A stretch of DNA of 64,000 nucleotides from a virus. Its lineage: Duplodnaviria > Caudoviricetes. Made by a program: the position numbers and the translations under genes. The notes beneath the pieces were generated by a model. The model searched no databases. It saw nothing but the letters and a program-made list of their open reading frames with translations, and was not told the DNA's origin. Each line of letters begins with the position of its first letter. Position 1 is the first letter of the stretch. Below are positions 54,001 to 63,183 of this stretch, piece by piece. The stretch is from positions 68,048-132,047 of IMG/VR virus record IMGVR_UViG_3300026549_000046, one strand, 5' to 3'.

Positions 54001-57000
54001 TTTTAAAGCTCTAGAAATACTAGATCCTCCAGATTCTCTTCCATAAATAAATAAAGCTGCTTTCTGTTGAGAAGGAAATTCCTTAACAAAATTTCCGTTT
54101 TTATCATAAAGAAATACTCCTTTAGAATTGGTCGGAACAACATCTTTACCTCCACCTAAAATCATATTATATGTATCAGGTCTTTTGATAAATTGTTCAT
54201 CTACTAACCATCTTTCTAAATCTAGAGCATCTTGTCTATTATCAAACACTCTTAAAGTTGATCTTATAAAAGCAGATGTTCCATATTTTTTCACTGCTTT
54301 TTGAAGAAGTGTTTTAGGATTCATATAAGTACTTGGTTGATTAATCCAAATACCATTTCCAATATATCCATCAAATTCTAAACTAGCGGTTTGATGTATT
54401 CCAATGTATATTTTTTTATTAACAGTATTTACTGTTTGATATACTATATTAAAGATTTTCTCCATTTCAATTAATTTTAAATTAATTTACGTCCATTCGG
54501 ACTAGTCGTTGAACTTATCTTATTTCGTCGCATTGCGATACACAACTAAGATTTAGCTGCTGATTCCCATGTTATAAAAATAATTTAGGGTTCCAGCAAT
54601 TAGAAGAATTTAATCGAATAGTATTACTACTATAAGTGGGCTAGAAAAAGTTAACCCAAATTCACGAGAGAAAGTTCTATCAACCTTAAAACTAATAGTA
54701 TTACCCTACCAATTATAAGAATCAAAGCCCTTCGCTCCAACTGAAACATAATCATTAGCTTTCATAGACCAAAGATATGTTCCATCAGTATGATACTGTG
54801 CTAAATACTAATCAAGTATATCTCCAAGATCATACCAAGCCTTTTCGTTACAAATAAACATGTAGTGGTTACCAGTAGGCTTTTCAGCCTTTTCATTAAG
54901 AGCCATCATCATTGTTTTAAGTACTCCGATAGTCAATTTATTATAAGCATATTTACTAGCAAAAGCTTCTACCTATGGAATTATGCCATCAGAGATATAA
55001 ATGGGACGATTAGTATCTGGATCCACAATGGTTGGTTTTCCTGTTTCAGGATTTACATTTCCTTTAGAAAATAATAATCCTTGGTTTCTTGCAGTAAGGA
55101 AATTATCAAGTAAAGTTTTTTGAGTTTTATCCATTCTATAAATAGTTTCACTCAAATTACCCTAATCTTTACCTTCAGCAATTTTAACAAAAACATCTTC
55201 CTAAGCAGCATATAAAGCTGAATAAGAAATATCATTTCTGTGAGTAGAAATATAACCACGATGTTTTTCTACATTAGATTGCCATTTTACGTATCCTTCT
55301 TCCGTTTAACCTTTTATGTTACCATAAAAGACTGACTATATTATTAATTACGTTAAATATTTATAAATATGTTGTTTATGAGTTTTATTTGTACCAGCTA
55401 AAACCTTCCATACTGAGGTTCCGTTTTCCTTTTCAGCAGCAGTAGCAGATTCATATACTTTTACTAAAACTCCATCTAAGGAATACTTTCCAACTTTACG
55501 TTTTTGGATTTTCTTTTTTGGAACATTATAATTATCTAATTTTTCTAATCCCCATAAATATCCATTTTTATCGGGAATTTTTAGTTTAATGGATTTAGTT
55601 ATATTAGTTTTGTTTTCTAACTCAGCTTCTAATTGTGTTTCATATGATTTACAGAAACTTCCATCAGGATTATATCTATAAACAGATCTTGTTTTTAAAT
55701 ATTCTGTTCTTGCTTTATCATAAGATTCTGCTTTAATATAAGATATGTAATATTTATTTTTTACAAGAACACCTAATATGCAAGCATTTCTAATACTAGA
55801 TGAACTAATTCCAGTTTTTCTTTCACAAGAAGCTTGAGTTTTAAATCCTCCTAAATATTTTCCATCTTTAGAATAAAAAAATACTTTTATAGCATGATTT
55901 AATCCTAAATTATAATTAGTTAAATCTAATTTTTCTACTTTGTCTGTATTCCAAAAATATCCTTTTGCTTTAGCTTTTTTTCTTACAGCATAAGAAATTA
56001 AAGTATAATCACAATTTAATTGTAATGCTGCATCAGCAAAACTTTCATATTCATTTATATAATTTCCATTTTCATCATATTGATATACTTTAACTCTATT
56101 GCTTATAAAATATCCACCTAGTCCCCCAAGAACCATATTGTAAACATCTTCTCTTTCTAAGAATTTTTCGTTTACAATTTGTTCTTCTAAATCAGAAGCT
56201 TCCTCTACGGTATCAAATACTGCTAATGTTTTCCTTCTGAAATTTTCAGGACCATACTTTTTTACTGCATACTGAAATGCGGTTTTAGCATACATATAAG
56301 TATAAGGTTGTGTAGAAATTACTCCGTTTCCAAGATATTTATCAAATATATCTGGATTTTCGGTTTTATGTAGTCCAACATAAATTTTTCCATTGACTAA
56401 ATTTGTTGTCTCATAGACAATATATTTCCATTGTTTTTCCATATAAATATTTATTATAATTATTTACTCTTTCGATATTAAATATCTACGCCTTGCGGCT
56501 AGTCGATGAACCTTATTAATTATCCTCTGCTCTATTAGAGTGAAAATTAATCTTGGCTTCTGATTATCCTATAATATATAGGATGTCCCAGAAATTAAGT
56601 AAATTTTCTTAATTAAATAATTAAAAAATTATTCCAATTAAGGCACAAATTAGTTTATGCAATTCAGGCATATAGTTACTAATCCAACGCGTTTTGTCTC
56701 CAGGTTGACAAGCACTTAAATCCAGAACAGTATCATAATTATTGTCAACAAGTCTTACAACACATTCCCAATAATTCAAATTTTGACTATATCATTTACT
56801 TACTATATTTAAATATGTAATCTCCATAATATTTATCCCCCAATTGAATATTTTTAATTTTAGAAGCTGGAATGTTATATTTTTCTTTTACTTCCTTTAT
56901 AGATTTCATTTGTTCTATAAAATTACCATATTTATCATATACATCTACACATATTCCATTTCCTATTCTTTTGGCAGGAACTTTATCAATTTCTTCTAAT

Positions 57001-58965
57001 GAAATATAAAAATCTTTGTACCAGTTTTTATATTTATTAAAAATATGATGTATGTGTTCCCATGAATGGAGATTTATTGCTTTCATTAATTCTTTTCCAA
57101 CAAATTTTCCGATAAAATTATTGTTTACATCATATACATAAAAAGTCATATTTGTATACAATTTTCTTGGTTGAATTATAAATTCGTCCATTAAAGAAGT
57201 TGAAACATAATATTGTTTTTTTATTAAAGTTTGATTTCTAATAGCTCTAGAAAGTTCTCCATTATCATACCCTATATCTTTTGAACATTCTGTTTGAGAA
57301 GAGTATTCTCTTAATAATTTTCCATCTTTAGAATATAAATATGTAGGATTATTTAATGTTTTTCTAGAATATTCATCAATATCTATTGTTGGGGAAGTGG
57401 ACCAGTATGAATTTAAAAATATACACTTATTTCTTTTAGGACTTTGAAATCTATCTTGATCATATCCATAAAATTCATAAGCATCTTTAGATTTTTCCCA
57501 TTTCTTAATAAGATTTCCATTTAAATCAAATTGATATAATGGCAACCATCTATCTTTAGTTTTTCCTCCAACTACCATGTTGTACACATGATCTTGTTTT
57601 ATAAAATCTACATTAACTATTTCTTCTTCTTTTTTATATGCATCATCTTCATTATCATAAATAAATAAAATTTCTCTTTTAAAAGCTTTTATACCATATT
57701 TTTTTACAGCATACTGAAATGCTGATTTTGGATATTTATATGTACTTGGTTGTTGAACATATACTCCACAACCTATGTAGCCATCGAATATTTCAGGATC
57801 CTCTGTTTCATGGACTCCAATGTAAATTCTATTTATTCCATTAATTTTTGATTTTAAATTTGTTGTTAAATATATAATATATTTCATAAGTAATTCAGTT
57901 TTTCGATTATTTTATCACAAAATTATCTACGGATTTCTCCTAGTCGATGAACGCTACTGTCATCACAGTCACGCTGCTGATTGTTACTATTGTACTTTCC
58001 AGCAATTTAAAGAATTTTAAATTCAATATTTTTTCAAATATAGGGTGACAATTTGGGAAGTTTATCACCTTTGCGGACAGGACGTCCAACTACCTAACAC
58101 TACTGTCCTGAGTTTTCAATCTTAAAGGTATCATATTTTTCATAGTATCTTTCTCTAAAGGCCATTATAATTTCAGTACCTCCAGCACCATCACCTTCTG
58201 GTACAGCTGCAAATTCAATACGTTTAATGTAATTAGTTTCCGAGCAGACTATATCATTTATTACTTCTTGTTGTTAAATATACAATATAATTCATAATAA
58301 TTCAGTTTTTCAATTAAATAAAATTTAATTTACGCTTTTCAGCTAGTCGTTGAACGCTGTTGTCATCACAACCACGCTGCTGATTGTTACATTTTGTAAG
58401 TTCCCAGCAATTTAAAGAATTTATTTAAGGGAGATCAAAACTAATTAAAACTCTAAAAAGAGTCTAATCTCCCAGTCGAATTGTAAAGCATTTACAGATT
58501 GATACTTATTACCACTACCTTTAGCATCTTGATAAAATATGTTCTTAAGAGATTCGGTAAGGAAAGATGCAGTTAAGTCGTCGTACATTCTTGATACAAC
58601 ACCAAGACGTGTAGGCTTAACTCCGAGGTACTTATAAAAGTCCTCATAAGTTCTAGTATCCAATTTCTTACTTTGTAGTTCTTTATCTACAAACTAATAT
58701 TTTATCATTATATTAGTTGAGACTATATCTTCATTGAATAGCCAATGTTCGGTGTTCGTGGAATCTTTTATTAAGTCTATTTATAGATTCTAGTCGTTGA
58801 ACCTTCTTACTAAGATTTCCGACTTCTTAATAAGCTTGGCTGCTGATTGTCCAAATTATCTACTATGAAGGATTCCCAGCAATTTACCGAATTTTAAATG
58901 GGCAATAACTAGAATTATTCTTTACCCATTGTGGGGATATTAGAAGTAAAAGAAGCTATTTTCAT
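51015..58965 (-). CDS. Major capsid protein (crAss-like, HK97 fold), 8 exons, 476 aa after splicing
   Basis: Exons: 58924..58965, 58466..58660, 58064..58240, 56657..56776, 54654..55302, 53583..53647, 52076..52229, 51015..51043 (sum 1431 nt). They join in frame: MKIASFTSNIPTMG|DTRTYEDF..FDWEI|ETNYIKRIEF..RKGD|NYWEC..PELH|EEGYVKWQSN..FSREFG|YEKGY..AQPPI|AMFTL..VFNP|YRSYIAREI*. Seven TAG codons by my count. Confidence 0.88.
51044..52075 (-). mobile_element. Group I intron 7 of the capsid gene (1032 nt), HEG in the P1 loop
   Basis: Exon/intron CCAU|ACAA pairs with UUGUGUGG (~51279-51286). Core AAAACGGGGAA, AAUCCCGUC, CUAACGACUA and AUGAUAUAGUC. Terminal G at 51044. Confidence 0.88.
51193..51951 (-). 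CDS. GIY-YIG homing endonuclease with NUMOD3 motifs (I-TevI-like architecture)
   Basis: YTYKITN..FYIGVR and YMGSS. NUMOD3-like MYGKHHTEEAKKKIS and HKGKIVSEETRKKLS. Inside intron 7. Confidence 0.88.
   Translation of the reverse strand: MHKYNYTYKITNVKTKEFYIGVRSCDCEIEDDKYMGSSSIWTKLYIKEHYSDLQKEILEVFETRKLANIGEVTLLKSVEKDPLCINCYFDYTPDMTGIKQTPEWIEKRKMFGERNGMYGKHHTEEAKKKISEAMHNRKLTEEHKKKIGQAHKGKIVSEETRKKLSKVKQKIRRIENIKTGEVWIMSIQDFLEKFPEKECKYDAMKKAANIGSLYKKTYKITDCVALVESSEKSGENGESPEKDNPVGSNGSE
52230..53582 (-). mobile_element. Group I intron 6 of the capsid gene (1353 nt) with HEG
   Basis: P AAUUGCUGGAAA, Q AAUCAGCAGC, R UUCAACGACUAG, S AAGAUAUAGUC. P10 AAACAUUG pairs with 3' exon CAAUGUUU. Terminal G at 52230. 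Confidence 0.9.
52282..53376 (-). CDS. GIY-YIG homing endonuclease with NUMOD1-type repeats
   Basis: YIVYLTTNLVNKKIYIGVH..YLGCG, with repeated YQYDLxGNFIKEW units. The stop overlaps the intron S element. Confidence 0.88.
   Translation of the reverse strand: MEMENNLKYIVYLTTNLVNKKIYIGVHKTTNPNHFDGYLGCGVKINDKYTYKYSKTPFEAAVNKYGVDNFKRITLKVFDKLEDALDLERWLVDSDFIKRNDTYNITLGGGIPPAITKIIYQYDLEGNFIKEWDSITNASIYYKCSPSSIGRAIFERTPSIKYFWTEYKYDKLNLDEFKLNENKTKTYLYDINGNFINEFNSISECSKYIKEDLQKVSKAIRGKFCIANKYYCSDIKYDKFPIQNFINHKNDKLYQYDLQGNFIKEWNNYSEIKKYFGKDIGIHAAIRLNNSCMGFQWSWEKLPNMKELKPKTKARKVGKYTLEGKLIQIFNTVREAKADTCGAPNVLTGKRKTAGGFVWKYLED
53648..54653 (-). mobile_element. Group I intron 5 of the capsid gene (1006 nt) with HEG
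   Basis: P1 UGGGU/GCCCA. P, Q, R and S elements present. Terminal G at 53648. Phase-1 insertion. Confidence 0.9.
53692..54465 (-). CDS. GIY-YIG homing endonuclease with NUMOD1-type repeats
   Basis: IVYQTVNTVNKKIYIGIH..YIGNG, with VFLYDKNGNFVKEF and VAQYDKDGNLI repeats. Confidence 0.88.
   Translation of the reverse strand: MEKIFNIVYQTVNTVNKKIYIGIHQTASLEFDGYIGNGIWINQPSTYMNPKTLLQKAVKKYGTSAFIRSTLRVFDNRQDALDLERWLVDEQFIKRPDTYNMILGGGKDVVPTNSKGVFLYDKNGNFVKEFPSQQKAALFIYGRESGGSSISRALKQGYGFCGDYQVSKIKVDFMKDYNTYKDTIWEKMVNKFSDKKGLESRFGNPKKVAQYDKDGNLITIYKSLGECKRAGFTNAQGVIEGRRTHCKGFIFKYIEED
55303..56656 (-). mobile_element. Group I intron 4 of the capsid gene (1354 nt) with HEG
   Basis: P1 GCAU/GUGC. P AAUUUCUGGGA, Q AAUCAGAAGC, R UUCAUCGACUAG, S AAUAUAGUC. 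Terminal G at 55303. Confidence 0.88.
55348..56442 (-). CDS. GIY-YIG homing endonuclease with NUMOD1-type repeats
   Basis: YIVYETTNLVNGKIYVGLH..YLGNG, with four VYQYDxNG-like repeats. Confidence 0.88.
   Translation of the reverse strand: MEKQWKYIVYETTNLVNGKIYVGLHKTENPDIFDKYLGNGVISTQPYTYMYAKTAFQYAVKKYGPENFRRKTLAVFDTVEEASDLEEQIVNEKFLEREDVYNMVLGGLGGYFISNRVKVYQYDENGNYINEYESFADAALQLNCDYTLISYAVRKKAKAKGYFWNTDKVEKLDLTNYNLGLNHAIKVFFYSKDGKYLGGFKTQASCERKTGISSSSIRNACILGVLVKNKYYISYIKAESYDKARTEYLKTRSVYRYNPDGSFCKSYETQLEAELENKTNITKSIKLKIPDKNGYLWGLEKLDNYNVPKKKIQKRKVGKYSLDGVLVKVYESATAAEKENGTSVWKVLAGTNKTHKQHIYKYLT
56777..58063 (-). mobile_element. Group I intron 3 of the capsid gene (1287 nt) with HEG
   Basis: P1 GGUGAU/GUCACC. 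P10 UUCCCA pairs with exon UGGGAA. P, Q, R and S present. Terminal G at 56777. Confidence 0.88.
56796..57887 (-). CDS. GIY-YIG homing endonuclease with NUMOD1-type repeats
   Basis: YIIYLTTN..RIYIGVH..YIGCG, with LYQFDLNGNLIKKW-type repeats. Confidence 0.88.
   Translation of the reverse strand: MKYIIYLTTNLKSKINGINRIYIGVHETEDPEIFDGYIGCGVYVQQPSTYKYPKSAFQYAVKKYGIKAFKREILFIYDNEDDAYKKEEEIVNVDFIKQDHVYNMVVGGKTKDRWLPLYQFDLNGNLIKKWEKSKDAYEFYGYDQDRFQSPKRNKCIFLNSYWSTSPTIDIDEYSRKTLNNPTYLYSKDGKLLREYSSQTECSKDIGYDNGELSRAIRNQTLIKKQYYVSTSLMDEFIIQPRKLYTNMTFYVYDVNNNFIGKFVGKELMKAINLHSWEHIHHIFNKYKNWYKDFYISLEEIDKVPAKRIGNGICVDVYDKYGNFIEQMKSIKEVKEKYNIPASKIKNIQLGDKYYGDYIFKYSK
58241..58465 (-). ncRNA. Group I intron 2 of the capsid gene (225 nt) with HEG remnant
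   Basis: P1 GGGAGAUU/GAUCUCCC. P10 AAUUAGUUU pairs with exon AAACUAAUU. P, Q, R and S present. Terminal G at 58241. Confidence 0.88.
58254..58295 (-). pseudogene. 13-codon remnant of a GIY-YIG homing endonuclease (MNYIVYLTTRSNK*)
   Basis: Same position, same leader (AAAAACTGAATTA) and same N-terminus (cf. MKYIIYLTT) as the intron 3 HEG. Confidence 0.75.
58661..58923 (-). ncRNA. Group I intron 1 of the capsid gene (263 nt, no ORF)
   Basis: P1 AAUGGGU/GCCCAUU. P10 UUCUAGU pairs with exon ACUAGAA. P AAUUGCUGGGAA, Q AAUCAGCAGC, R UUCAACGACUAG, S AAGAUAUAGUC. Terminal G at 58661. Confidence 0.92.
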
Positions 58966-58984
58966 ATTATTTCAATTATCCATT

Positions 58985-60016
58985 TTATTCATCATCGTCT
59001 AAATCTTCTATGCTACTATATTGACGATGCTGATTAATTTTATTGTCTTTAATAACTACTGTTGGTTTAGAAACAACTCCCTTCTTTCCATCTTCTAAAC
59101 CTTTTTTATATTGATTTTCCGAAACCAATTTAATCTAATTAGTAAAGTAATCTGTTACATTATTTAATGCTTCTTCTCCATTAAGAATAAACCAAGCAGC
59201 TTTTGTTAAAATTTCTGGGTCTTGTAAAGCTTCATATAAATAATTTTTTCCAGCCTCATCTTGTGATAACATAAACTCAGCTAAAGTTTCCTTATCAGAA
59301 TCTTCAAAATTTAAATCTAAATTTCCAATAGAAGTAAAATTATCAATGGCATTAACTATAGAATCTTTATACTTTTCAAATGCTTCTTGCTATTCCTCCT
59401 CTAATTGTGCTTGAGCCTGCTAATTTTTTAAATCTTCTCTTTCTTTATACTCTTTACGAATTCCTTCAATCTATTTTTTATATAACTCCTCCCCCTATTG
59501 TTTAACTATATTTAAGGCCTAAATAGCCTAATCATCAGTTAATTCTCCAACTCTGGATTCTAAATCTAATAAATATATTTCATCATCAGAAAGTTGATCG
59601 ACAGAGTATTGAGGTTCATTTACTACTTCCCCTTTAGATATTTGTTCAATATACTAATTAGGAGTCATATTATTTTGTCTTAACTAATTTAAAAAAGAAA
59701 TTTCTTCCTCAGATAAATCATTTTCATAAGTATTTATCTAAGCTGGAGATTCTAAAGGAGTATTTAAAATATTAATTTTTTCTTCTTTAGTTAAATCATT
59801 CCAATTTCTTGAAATTATTTCCCCATTTTCATTTTCAAAATTAATCTTTGAAATATCATCTATACCTTTAGTTTTTAAAAAATCTGACATAAAGTTATCA
59901 TCGTCAGTCTAAGCCGGCGAATTAATAACTGGTTCTGTCTAAGATTCTTCCTGTGTGGAAGGACTAAAACCCATGCCATAATCATCGTCATCTAAATCAT
60001 TAATTCCTATTGCCAT
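58985..60016 (-). CDS. Acidic coiled-coil protein upstream of the capsid gene, probable scaffold (343 aa)
   Basis: ATG 60014-60016, TAA 58985-58987. Very D/E/Q-rich with many TAG codons. Missed entirely by the track. Function inferred from position and composition. Confidence 0.65.
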
Positions 60017-60035
60017 AATTTTTTGTTTTTAATTT

Positions 60036-62336
60036 TTACTAATTTATCTATTCATTTTTGTATTTCCAAATAAAACTTTCATCCTGAGATGATTTTCCAT
60101 ATAAATCTTGTTCTGTATAATATCCTGGTAAAAATTGTATTTCTTCAGTCTCTGTATCATAAATTAAAGTAGCAGAAGGATTTAAATATCCGTTAGAAGT
60201 ATTTATTGTAACAGCTTCTTCCAGATTTACAATCTCATATTTTTCTTCCTCTTCATTATATACTACATTAACCCCATCTGGCAATATAACTGAATAGTGG
60301 TCTTCATCATTCATAGTAACTAATTCAGAAGGGCCCTAAGCTCTAAGAAAACTTAGAGAATTTAATTTTAACTACTAAGAGTCCCCTAACTATTTTACTG
60401 AAGAATCCTCTGGAACAAAATCAAAATCGTTAAAATTTGAAACTAATCCTTTATCGTCTTTATTTAGTTTATATACATTAAACTTTAAATTAAAGTCTCC
60501 AGTTCCATTAAATTTATACCATCTTACTTGAAAATAAATAAGTATAGCTCTTGTGTTAAATTCTGGATTTGTTTCTTTAATAGCCTTACACTCATTAATA
60601 ATTTTATTAAAATTAATTACTGTATATTCTCCTCCACTATAAGTACAATCCCCAGACCAAGCCATATACTAGTAAATAGAATTTAAACAAGTAAATTCTG
60701 GGTATTCAGAAACATTTATATTTTCTGTATTAAATATTTCAGTATTATTTTTCCTAACTATAATTTTAAATTCATTTTCTATGCTCTAAGAAGATGTAAT
60801 ACTATTAGGAAAGTAATTTTTGTAATTTGCATATCCTAATCTATATACATCATCGTCCAGAAAAAGACTAGTCTCGTTACGAGGATCTTGTATAGGAATA
60901 TAAGTCTACTTAGTTCCAACTAACTGGTCTAAATCTGAATCAACAAATAGAGGGGCATTCTCCCAAGTCAAAGAAAATTTCATTAAATCGAAACTACTTA
61001 AAACTAATCCTCCCTATGGAATTTGCTATAGTATAGTCTACGCAGAAACTGTTTCTTGTTCTCCCTCAAAACTTGCTGTAAAAATAATTTTTCCTAAGGA
61101 AGAAAGAGAAGTCTTATTTATATTTAAATCTTTATTTACTTTATTATTTTCAATATAGAAATCTCCCTCTTCAAATGAAATATTATTATACTTACCTTCT
61201 ACAGTTATGTTGTCAGTAATAATTTCTCCAGCCCAGTCTACATAATAAGAGACTCTTACATTTCCTCCAATACTTCCTACATAATTAGGATTACAAGAAA
61301 TGTAAATTTTAGGGGGAACATATTCAAATTTTGCATAAATATTAGTATCTTCTGTTATAGGAAATCCTGTATAATCCCATTCTACAAAGCTATAATGTTG
61401 TTTTTTTGGTTCTCCTTCTGGAACTGTTGCAGAGATTCCATTACTAACTTGAGTAGTTTTAAATAGAACTCCATCTTCTGTGTACCAATTAACAGTAAAT
61501 TTTTTAGTAGCATCTTTTAAATCTTTTATTGCTGATTTAACTTCCTAACAACATTCCATAAATTTATCCCAAGGTACTACTGGCATATACTACCACTATC
61601 CATTAATATTTACAATAGCAATTGGGGGATTATACTGACCTTCTTCAGAGCTACTTTCTGGAAGTTCTCCAAATTCTGTACTATTAATCGTCTATAGAGG
61701 CTCGTTTAAATTTATTCCTTTATTAGAACCTACTTCTAATCTAAAAGAATCTAAGTCCTATAATGTAACAAATTCTGAATACTACCAAGTTCCATTTATC
61801 CAAGCTATACAAGAATTATTCTTATCTGGAGTTTGATTTAAATTTGCACTATTTATAGAATTTAGTGGATCATTTAATGTCAATTTTTTGAAAGAACCTT
61901 CATTTATATAGTATATTTCATCCCCAATAAATACAATTCCCTCACTAATTGCTTCGAAAGCCTCATTTAAAGAACTAAATTTTAATCCTATATTATTTTG
62001 AGCTATATTAATTTGATCCTACGTTAAATCCTGTTTAATAGCATAGTTAATAAATTGTCCTTCTTCTCCAGACAATTGAAATACCTTTCCATCACAGAAA
62101 GCATATAAATTTTCATCCAATAAATAAAATCCATCTGATTTCATTTCTTCAGAAGATTTTATTTTTGATATAACTTTAGGAATTTTAACATTTAAATTAC
62201 CCTTATCATCGAGTAATTCTATATATTTTTTTCCAAATCTAATATATACTTTACCTTTAGTTCTTAAAACTAAGTTTTTATCTAAGGAACCAAATTCTTC
62301 CTAGTTTTTTCCGAAAATATTTAAGTTTTCTGACAT
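60036..62336 (-). CDS. Putative surface/fibre protein (~766 aa) with an InlB B-repeat (Flg_new)-like domain
   Basis: ATG 62334-62336, TAA 60036-60038. Includes track ORFs 60390 and 60048. FTVNWYTEDG..VPEGEPKKQHYSFVEWD..ITEDTNIYAKF at ~61320-61505. Confidence 0.68.
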
Positions 62337-62608
62337 AAGAATTCATCTAAATCTTTTTTACTCCAACTAAGTTCTTTAAATCCCTGTCTCTTTCTGCCTT
62401 TAGGTATGAAGCCTTTGCTAATGTAATTATCAAATGTAGCTCTGGATACTCCTATATAATTAGCAGATTCTATTTTAGATAATTCTTTAGAATTAATTTT
62501 TTCTAAAACATTTATAATTTCTAACTAATCTTTTTCACTTATATTGGAGTTTCCAGAATCTATATCATTAATTATCTGTTGAAGTAATGTCTTAATTACA
62601 TTAATCAT
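62321..62608 (-). CDS. Small helix-turn-helix (excisionase/MerR-like) protein, 95 aa
   Basis: Translated by hand: ..LSKIESANYIGVSRATFDNYISKGFIPKGRK..FKELSWSKKDLD. Contains one TAG. Confidence 0.7.
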
Positions 62609-62616
62609 TCAATTTA

Positions 62617-63171
62617 TTAATTTTCAGTATTAAATATCAGTTTCTCTGGATAGCCTACTGTATAATCATACCCTTCTACTTCTTTAATACTGTTTAAACC
62701 ATTAACAGCAGCTTTGTGTTGTTCAGTAACACCATAGCATTGATTTGCATAAATCTAAATTTTAGCCAATGCCATCTTAGCAGTCTGAATGTCAAGGGTA
62801 ATTGCAACACCGTTCAATACAGGATGTACTTCAGTCATTCCCAATAGTTCAGCAGCATCAATAGAGTTCTTGTAATCACTTCTTTGTTCTGGTGTTATCC
62901 AAGTATCAATTACTTCATTACCTACATTAACTCTAAAGCTATTAACAGCATCAGAAGTGTCATATATCTCTATCTCATTAATCTTATTAGCCTTTGCTCT
63001 TTCAAGCAGTTCAGTTGGAGTAGGAGTAGGTTCAAACCATTCCTTAAAGCCCCATTCTGTTAATTGTTCAACACTTGGAATACCTGTAAATACTCCATTC
63101 TCTACTCTCTTTGTAAGGGATTGACCTTCATTGTACCACTCTTTAGTGGTTGCGTTGTAATATCGTTTCAT
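62617..63171 (-). CDS. DUF4376-like tail-fibre-associated protein (184 aa)
   Basis: Track ORF 62755..63171 reads through TAG into IYANQCYGVTEQHKAAV..YDYTVGYPEKL, ending TAA at 62617-62619. Confidence 0.72.
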
Positions 63172-63183
63172 AGTTTATATAAT

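Noticed and set aside
6325-55074. All plus-strand ORFs in the track (e.g. 12204..12476, 15226..15558, 31705..32001, 49284..49601, 52072..52263)
   Set aside because: Short Ile/Phe/Ser-rich shadows antisense to well-supported minus-strand genes, with no recognisable motifs.
58445-58663. 72-aa ORF as an independent gene
   Set aside because: It is capsid exon 2. The TTG start is the end of intron 1 and the RLFLEF tail is intron 2 sequence.
51100-58900. Repeated GACTATATC / TAGTCGTTGAAC / GCTGCTGATT / CCAGCAATT motifs as a CRISPR array or IS ends
   Set aside because: Spacing is irregular and the motifs are the reverse complements of group I intron S, R, Q and P elements.
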